NCBI GenBank assembly: GCA_951406725.2
Contig: OX597826.1
Location: 7,192,001-7,256,000 of the forward strand
Length of the DNA stretch: 64,000 nt
Direction: 5' to 3'
Origin: Octopus vulgaris
Lineage: Eukaryota
A model generated the notes under the pieces. It did no database searches, was not told where the DNA came from, and saw nothing but the letters and a program-made list of their open reading frames with translations. Positions 56,245 through 64,000 of the stretch are shown here, in pieces. How positions within the stretch are numbered: the stretch's first letter is position 1; every line of letters starts with the position of its first letter. The position numbers were made by a program, and so were the translations under genes.

Positions 56245-58170
56245 CTATGTTTGACTTTTGCTTTATATTTGTACAAGTTGGCTCCAAGTCTCACCCAGAG
56301 ACCTCAAGAGACAACAGGGTTGGAAGTTCATGTTGTTGTTATGCCTAGTGTGCCATATATTTGGGGGTGGGGATGTTGTACTAATGAATGTCTAAAAAAA
56401 AAAAAAAAGGTTTTTTTTTTTTTTTTTTTAAACCGAAAATTATGTTTGTTTTAAACCTTGAGATTACATAGAGAGTATTTTGCGTAGGATATGAGCAGTT
56501 CCCATGAGCACTATCTTTTGAACTTCTGCCATTTTTGGGTTTCCTGGTATCTGGATTAGGTAGCGATCAGCCCCTTTTGCTATCATTCCCAGGGCACCTA
56601 TGACAACAGGTATTGTTTTAGTCTTCAGCTTCCACATTTTGGTGATTTCTATTTCAAAATCTTTATATTTGCTCAGTTTTTGGTAGGTCTTGACAGATAC
56701 GTTTATATCGATTGGGACAGTCATATCAATGAGGAGGCATGTTCTTTGTTTGAAGTCTTTCAATATGATGTCTGGCCTATTTGCATCTATCTTCCTGTCA
56801 GTTTGAATGGTGAAGTTCCAGAGGAGTGAGATGTGGTCATTTTCAAGCACTGGGGGTGGTTTGTGTTCCCACCAGTTTTTTCATGGGGCAAATCCAGGTT
56901 TTTACAGATTACCCAGTGAATATATTGTGCAGCTCTATCGTGCCTGTTGAGATACTCTGTAGGCGCTAGAAAACTGCACTTGGAGACCACATGGTCAATG
57001 GTTTCATTTTGTTGCTTGCATACACGACACGTTGGACTGCTTCTGATCTTTAATATGTTGGCCTGGTAGTTTTTTGTTGGTAGGCATTGATCTTGAGCTG
57101 TTATGATAAACCCCTCTGTTTCAGATTTTAAGCCAGAGGCCATTAGCCATTGATGGGTCAGGGCTTTGTCGATATCTGCATTATTCGCTCTCTTTGGGTA
57201 TTTGCCATAGAGAGGTTTTTCTTGCCATTTATTATTCAGAATATCTAAGGTCGCAGTTTTGGCACGGGTTTTCATGCGCCTAGCTTTTTCTGTGCTTGTT
57301 TCTTGTATATCTATCTCTAATTCCGAAATTGGTTGTATTCGGAATTCACTTAGATATTCCTTTGCCTGTTTTGTGACTGAGTATGATGCTTTCTTGTTTT
57401 CATGTTTTGAGACAAGTTTTAGCATCCAGTCCTCAGAGTTTTTCAGGTAGGTGTCTAGGCCAATTGTAGCAATCTTCATTGTTATTGCCAGTTGCAAAAG
57501 ACCACGGCCTCCCTCTTTTCTTGGCAGATAGAGTCGTTCTGTATCTGCCTTAGGGTGGTGCATTCTATGCATTGTCAACAGTTTCCTTATTTTTCTGTCG
57601 AGCCGACATATTTCATTAATTGACCAGTTAACAATATTGAAACTGTAAGTCACGACTGGTATAGCTAATGCATTGATTGCTTCGATCCTGTTTCTTGCAT
57701 TCAGCTCTGTCTTGAGTATTGCTCTCACTCTTCGATAGCATTCTCTCCTGATCCTTTCCTTCATCTCTGAATGCCTTATTCCGTTCACTTCAATTACCCC
57801 TAGGTACTTGTAGCTCTCCACTGGGTCTAGTTCTTTTATGACATTCTGTTGGTCAAGGTTAACGTTAGATGTTTCTGTCATTTTCCTTTGATAAAGGTAG
57901 CCTTTGCACATGTATCGAGGCCGAATTGCATTCTGATGTCGTCACTGAATTGTTTGACTATCGCTAGTAAGCCCTTGAGTTGTTGATCATTTTTTGCAAA
58001 AAGCTTTAAATCATCCATGTAAACGAGATGATTTATATTTTTATCAAACATTTTATACCCGTACTGCGCGTCATTGAGCAGCTTTGAGAGAGGTATTAAG
58101 GATAAACAAAAGAGGAGTGGTGACAGTGAATCACCCTGGAAAATGCCACACGAAATTTTTACATCACCAG

Positions 58171-58171
<1 letters not shown>
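56245..58171 (-). mobile_element. R4/Dong-like RLE non-LTR retrotransposon family A, 5'-truncated, young-looking
   Basis: RT GIFQGDSLSPLLF/YMDD/YKYLG, RLYLPRKEGGRGL, CCHC CRVCKQQNETIDHVVSKC, RHD, PD-(D/E)xK RLE; only two 1-bp frameshifts (about 57885 and 56880), both in T runs; stop at 56464. Confidence 0.96.
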
Positions 58172-58230
<59 letters not shown>

Positions 58231-58246
58231 CATCATTATTATTATT

Positions 58247-58510
58247 AAAAGAAAGCTCAGGTTTGGATTTATGTAGTAGCGGGTTACTACGTGTAACCTT
58301 AGGTATCCGCACGTTTTCGGCAGTCTTTCAAGTGCTTAGAACCTTCCTGATAACCCTTGCTGTCCTTTAAGAGGTAAACCTTATGTAGGAGCTCTACCGG
58401 CTATTCTATTTCAATCTCCTTCAGACATTTGTCTATATTTTGGCCTACTGTTCCAAACATACCAATTATTATGGGCACAACCTTTACTGTTCGCATTCTC
58501 TAAATTGTTC
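58247..58510 (-). mobile_element. R4/Dong-like RLE family C, 3' fragment
   Basis: RMRTVKVVPIIIGMFGTVGQNIDKCLKEIEIE*PVELLHKVYLL-GTARVIRKVLST* plus a distinct 3'UTR; TAA repeats on both sides. Confidence 0.82.
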
Positions 58511-58520
58511 TATTATTATC

Positions 58521-58582
<62 letters not shown>

Positions 58583-58616
58583 CATTATTATTATTATCAT
58601 TATTATTATCGTTATT

Positions 58617-58684
<68 letters not shown>

Positions 58685-58685
58685 C

Positions 58686-58739
<54 letters not shown>

Positions 58740-58811
58740 TGGCAGAATATTTAATTCAATGCAAATAATGCTTGCCGTATAAAGTATATTCCTTATATTC
58801 TGAATACAGAA

Positions 58812-59092
58812 ACACCGAGGTCAACATTGCCCTTCATAATTTCGATGTCGATAAATTAGGTACCAGTTGAACAATAGGGTCAATTTAATCGATTTATCCC
58901 GTCCCCAAAATTGCTGGCCTTGTGTCAATAACCGGAATTATTATTATCACTATTATTGTTCTGCCGAGATCGACTTTGCCTTTCATCCTTTCGGTGTTGT
59001 TATAATAATTACCTGTTCAACACTGGGGTCGATGTAATCGACTCATCCCTTCCCCCAAAATTGTTGCACTTGTGGAAAAATTTGAAACCCTT
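58812..59092 (+). mobile_element. Two 5'-truncated Nin/Deu-type SINE fragments among TTA arrays
   Basis: CCGAGGTCAACATTGCCCTTCAT and CCGAGATCGACTTTGCCTTTCATCCTTTCGG. Confidence 0.75.
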
Positions 59093-59103
59093 ATTATTAT
59101 TAA

Positions 59104-59152
<49 letters not shown>

Positions 59153-59153
59153 A

Positions 59154-59215
<62 letters not shown>

Positions 59216-59409
59216 GTTATTGTTGTTGTTGTTGTTGCCCTGTTTGTCTCTCAGAGAGCTCGAGCTTGTTTGCTATGGTAGATTTTGTGAGAACGGACAG
59301 CAGCCTAATATTAGTGGTCTCACAGGGTCTGTTTCTGCACATTATAAGCTTTGGTATATGGTTGTTAATTATGTTGGGAAACGTTCAGCATCCAAGTAAC
59401 AATCTCAAA

Positions 59410-59469
<60 letters not shown>

Positions 59470-59760
59470 GTGAAAGCGCATGGTTCAGTGGGTAGAGCGT
59501 TGAGCTTACGATCGTGAGGTTGTGAGCTCGAATCCCAGACCGGGCTGCGTGTTGTGTTCGTGAGCAAGGTACTATATTTCACGTTGCTCTAGTTCACTCA
59601 GCTGTAGAAATGAGTTGCGACGTCACAGGTGCCAAGATGTATCGGCCTTTGCCTTTCCCTTGGATAACAATGGTGGCATGGAGAGGGGAGGCCGGTATAG
59701 ATGGGCGACTGCTGGTTTTCCATAAACAGCCTTGCCCGGACTTGTGCCTGGGACAGTGAC
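59470..59760 (+). mobile_element. tRNA-derived SINE
   Basis: GCGCATGGTTCAGTGGGTAGAGCG...GCTCGAATCCCAGACCGGG head followed by a GTTCACTCAGCTGTAGAAATGAGT domain. Confidence 0.8.
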
Positions 59761-59904
59761 AGCCCAGTGCTCCTGGGTTCGAATCAGAGTAAAGTTGCTA
59801 CCATATTTAAACAGTTTTAAAATTACATCAAACTAATGAAATGCCTTAAGAAACATTCCTTACAATTCCTGACTCTGTTGTATAGCTGGGAGTATATTGT
59901 GAGG

Positions 59905-60125
59905 GGAGGCACGTGGCAGAGTGTTTAGGGTGTAAGACTGTGGTTTCGATCCCTGGACCGGGCGACGCGCTGTGTTCTCGAGCACATCACTTCCACTCAC
60001 GTTGCTCCTATCAGCTGGCAAAAATGCGTAATTCTACGACGGACCGACGTCCTGTCCAGGTGGGGAATATAAAACACCATGGAAACCGGGAAACCGGCCG
60101 TATGCGTCTTTATGACTGGGGAAAG
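59905..60125 (+). mobile_element. tRNA-derived SINE with a Meta/V-like 3' part
   Basis: GGTTTCGATCCCTGGACCGGG head; 3' part shared with 52345-52420. Confidence 0.72.
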
Positions 60126-61434
60126 AACTTTACTTTTAGAAGTATAGTGTGAATTGTACGGAAGAGAATGTACGGCATTAAAGCTACAACGTAGAATGAC
60201 GCACTAAAACAGTGAATAACTTACTCAAATACCACGCATTCGAATGCAAATTTCAAGTACATTTTTTTCCTTCAATATATATAATTTTAATTTTTAACTT
60301 TTATTTTTATATGAAAATTCTTTTATTCTCTTCATCACCTGGTATAAAGATCAAAAGGAGAACTGTGCTCATTTTAATGTAAAATATGCAAACATAAATA
60401 TTGAATGAAAATATTTCCTTATACGTTACGTCCCTTATTAGGCAAGAGCAAAAACAGTCTATTGATTTTTGGATTACTGTCAAAATGGATTTTGATAAAA
60501 CTTCATTATAAATATTATGAAGTTGATAAATTCCTCTTGTATGGAGATTGGTCAACATTGATTTCTTACATTTGTTATGCTTTATATCCTTTATATCTTA
60601 ATTTTATTTTCTTTCGAGCCCGTGTTTGAGTCACTAAGATTTCCTTTGAAATTATGGATTTGTTTATGCCATTATCCAATCCCATTCTTCGACATTTCTA
60701 AAAGGAATTAAAGAATCTGCTTTCTAATGGCTTCCACTAAACATATACAGATGTTTACATCCATGTTTGTACAATTTTGACTATCAAATTTATCCGCCAT
60801 CCTCGCATAAACAGTCGCGAATAAATATTGAAAAATCGAAAGAAAAGAAGCGTAAATTCATTATTAATTCATCGGCAAAAGAAAAAGAAATGACGAAAGT
60901 AATATTTATATGATAAACCTTCTAAAGGGAAACACAAGGCAACATGCTATAATAAAACAGTAATCAATATGATGAATGAAATATGCAGTAAAAACCACGA
61001 CAAAGTATTCCAAGCACATTCGAATATAGAGATGTGAGAATATATAAAGAGAAATATATAAAAATGAGTTTAAATAAAGAAGAACGGACAGAAGTGAAAT
61101 ATTTAAGTGAGATCAACTAGAAGGAAAAAATGATGGTAGGATTAAATGAAGAAATATAATAAAGGAGAAAGCAGAATAATTAAAAATGGACTAAGAGTTA
61201 AAGTTAATTACAATGCGTGCGTAAAAGGCTTATATGAAATGCTATGAAAGATAAAAACAAAAGATAGAAATATACTGTAGTAAAAAGAAGGAACCAAACC
61301 AAAAATGGAATGGGAAGAATATGAAAAGGACTAGGCATAGAAAGTGAAGTTTTCCGGCAGAAAATATCATCTGAAAGGAATGGCTGTAGAATTCAGCTAA
61401 TATCTTAAGATGTGAAAACAATATAACTTTTTAA

Positions 61435-62090
61435 TTCTAGCACAAGGCCAGTAATTTTGTGGGAAGGGAGTTTAAGTACTGGAATCAATTACATCGACCC
61501 CAGTATTTCACTGGTACTTATTTCATCGATCCTGAAAGGATGAAAAGCAGAGTCGACCTCAGCAGAATCTTAAATCAGACGTAAAGAGCCGGAAGAAATG
61601 CTCTTAGGTATTTTATCCATGTTAACGACTCTATCAGCTCGCCAGCCTTTGAAGATAAAATATTACTGTAAAGGAAGAAATGGAATTAGAATATATATGA
61701 AGCATTCAAAAGAAATATTGGTTTCAAATTTTGGCACAAATCGATTATATCGATCACATTGCTCAACTGGTACTTATTTTACTGACCTCGATGAAATGCA
61801 AAGTAGACTTCGGTGTAATTTGGTCTCAGAACATATAAACCGACGAAATTCCTCTAAGCATTTCGTGCTAACGGTTCTTTCACGCCGCCTACTCAGCAAC
61901 AGTTTGACTAATATCGGTTTCAAATTTTGGCACAAGGCCAGCAATTTTTTGGGGAAGAAGTAGTCGATAACATCGACCCCATTTCTCAACAGGCAACTAT
62001 TTTATCACCCAAGAAAGGATGAAAGGCAAAGTCGGCCGCGGTGAAATTTGAACTCAGAACGTAAAGACGGTTGGAATACCGCTAAGCATT
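61435..62090 (-). mobile_element. Three tandem diverged Nin/Deu-type SINE copies
   Basis: Units at about 61435-61650, 61715-61890 and 61912-62090, each with GAAAGGATGAAA/GTCGACCTC-like motifs. Confidence 0.78.
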
Positions 62091-63877
62091 GGTTAAGTAA
62101 TATTGACACTATAAAATTCTATCATAACCTTATTATCAATAAATATATCCAGTGCATATTAATAATATAACCAACGATATGAGAGACATATTTATTATTG
62201 TCAACATATTGATCTGCTTTGTACTATCATTCAATATGGATAGATTTATTACTTGGTACATATATACATCTAAAGCAGAATGACTAAACTATTTTTAAAT
62301 TAAAAAAGCTTATTTACCCAAACAGCATTTCAAAACACAATTAAAATTAATTACGCGAATCTCGCTCCTCCAGTTTTGAAGTATATTAAACATATATAGA
62401 TTTCTGGAAAAGACAATACTTTTCCAATTCCGAAATTTTTTTGGGACATAGTACGCATTGACTGAGATTATGGATGCTAAGCAATTAGGATTACGAATGA
62501 TCTAAACAACGAAAAGTAGGCCAGAAACAACGTTCACCGGATTACATTTTGAGTATTATTGTTTATGATATCATATAGTACGTAATGGAATTATATACTA
62601 TAGTCGCAAACCAGGCAATTGAATAACATATTGCTACATTTTGCAAATACGGTTTAAGAATCAAAATTCTTGGACTGGTTTATCCGATGTAACACATATG
62701 CTCAAATATAATTGATTGAGAATATACTATTAATAATAACAATAGCTTCCACGCCTTTGAACTTCAGATCTTTCTCATTTAATAGTCTAATAACTGTGAT
62801 ATCCATTCGGAGGTAGTAGTGATGGTGGTGGTGGTTGTGGTGGTGGTAGTGGTGGTGGTGGAGGGTGGCGTCGGGAAATGGTGGAGGGTTGGGAAGTTAT
62901 TGTGTATGCAACAGTCTCTTGGCAGCGAAAGCCAGAACGTGAAGGACAATTATACTCGACTCCGTCAATTCAAGTCAAACCCGACATCTGTTGAAGAAAA
63001 TTATCTCTTCTATACCAGAACACAATTGAAAATAGCAAAATTTTTGCAAAGAAAACCAACGGACAACATAACTTACATTGTTTGATATACACATTTATAA
63101 AACAATGGAGGACAAATCGAAAAAGTTATCAGTTTGGCCCATATGTGAGATGTATAAAGAGGCATTTTTCTCTGTAACGTCTATTTTATTTTTTTCCTTT
63201 TTTCTTTTTCAATATAACGAATTCTGGGCAAACAATGTATCAATCGATAATAATTATTCTTCTATGTTGTATTTCGCTCGCAGATAAGCAGTTTTAGGAA
63301 ACCTTTTCTCACCACCCACTCTAAAGACCTTTGACCTTCTAATTGATTACCATTCCTTAATAGATTAGTGTCAAAAACAACATTATATATCACCTTTGAT
63401 AGCAACAGTTTATTCCTTAACAACCAACAACACATTTTACCGCTTTTCACATGGCGTAGCCATATTCTTTTGCATTCATTTTTCCTTTTTGTTTGCTATT
63501 GTTCGTCTTCCTTTCTCTCCATTCACTTTAGTCATCCTCATCACTATCCTCCTATTCCTCCTCCTCCTCCTCCTTTTCTTCCACATCAGCATCATCGCCA
63601 CCATCATCATAATCGACCTCGCCGTCGTCGGCGGCGGTGGCGGCGCCGACATCATCTCTGCACCGTGATATTTATTTTTCTTTTCCATCATAACTTGACT
63701 AATTTGATAACTTATACCTTTTCTTTCTGCATTTCTCTCTCCCTCCCTCTCTCTCACACTCCCTCTCTCTCTCGCTACTTTTCTCATCGTTTTTCTTTGT
63801 TTCATACATTCTCTATTTTACCAATTTCATAATTATTATTTCACCTTATCACACGCACACACTCAGAAACACACACA

Positions 63878-63913
<36 letters not shown>

Positions 63914-64000
63914 TCTTCCACATCTCCTCTTTCCATCTCATTGGCTCTCACGCTACCATTCTAACTGACTTTCTATATTTTACCTAATTAATGATTCTAA

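Noticed and set aside
57878-58312. ORF apparently extending the RT upstream through poly-N
   Set aside because: It reads through the TAA array into the family C 3'UTR; the family A element stops at 58171.
63368-63832. His/Pro/Arg-rich ORFs and a GC-rich patch near the window end
   Set aside because: Built from degenerate CAT/CCT/GGC repeats with no recognisable protein or splice context; a UTR of a gene beyond the window cannot be excluded.

Overview
Non-coding, AT-rich and extremely microsatellite-dense eukaryotic DNA. The SINE repertoire and repeat landscape suggest an octopod cephalopod (inference). I found no host protein-coding exon, rRNA or genuine tRNA gene, and nearly all ORFs in the track are translated microsatellites. 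The window is a mosaic of decayed mobile elements. (1) At least five distinct families of R4/Dong-type RLE non-LTR retrotransposons sit head-to-tail on the minus strand inside (TAA)n arrays (clusters at about 11.5-14.0 kb and 55.3-58.5 kb). One copy at 48.4-49.2 kb is internally deleted, with its 5' end fused to its 3' end. (2) Many short Penelope-like (PLE) pseudo-LTR or retrozyme-like fragments sit inside (TA)n arrays and carry minimal type I hammerhead ribozyme motifs. These include C3-G8, G3-C8, U3-A8 and A6U core variants, a ~570-bp terminally redundant unit with three hammerhead-like motifs, and large fold-back structures. (3) There are three tRNA-derived SINE groups, RTE and CR1-type LINE remnants, and maT/mariner and Tigger-type DNA transposon remnants. 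All calls were made by eye, so boundaries are approximate to a few bases or a few tens of bases.
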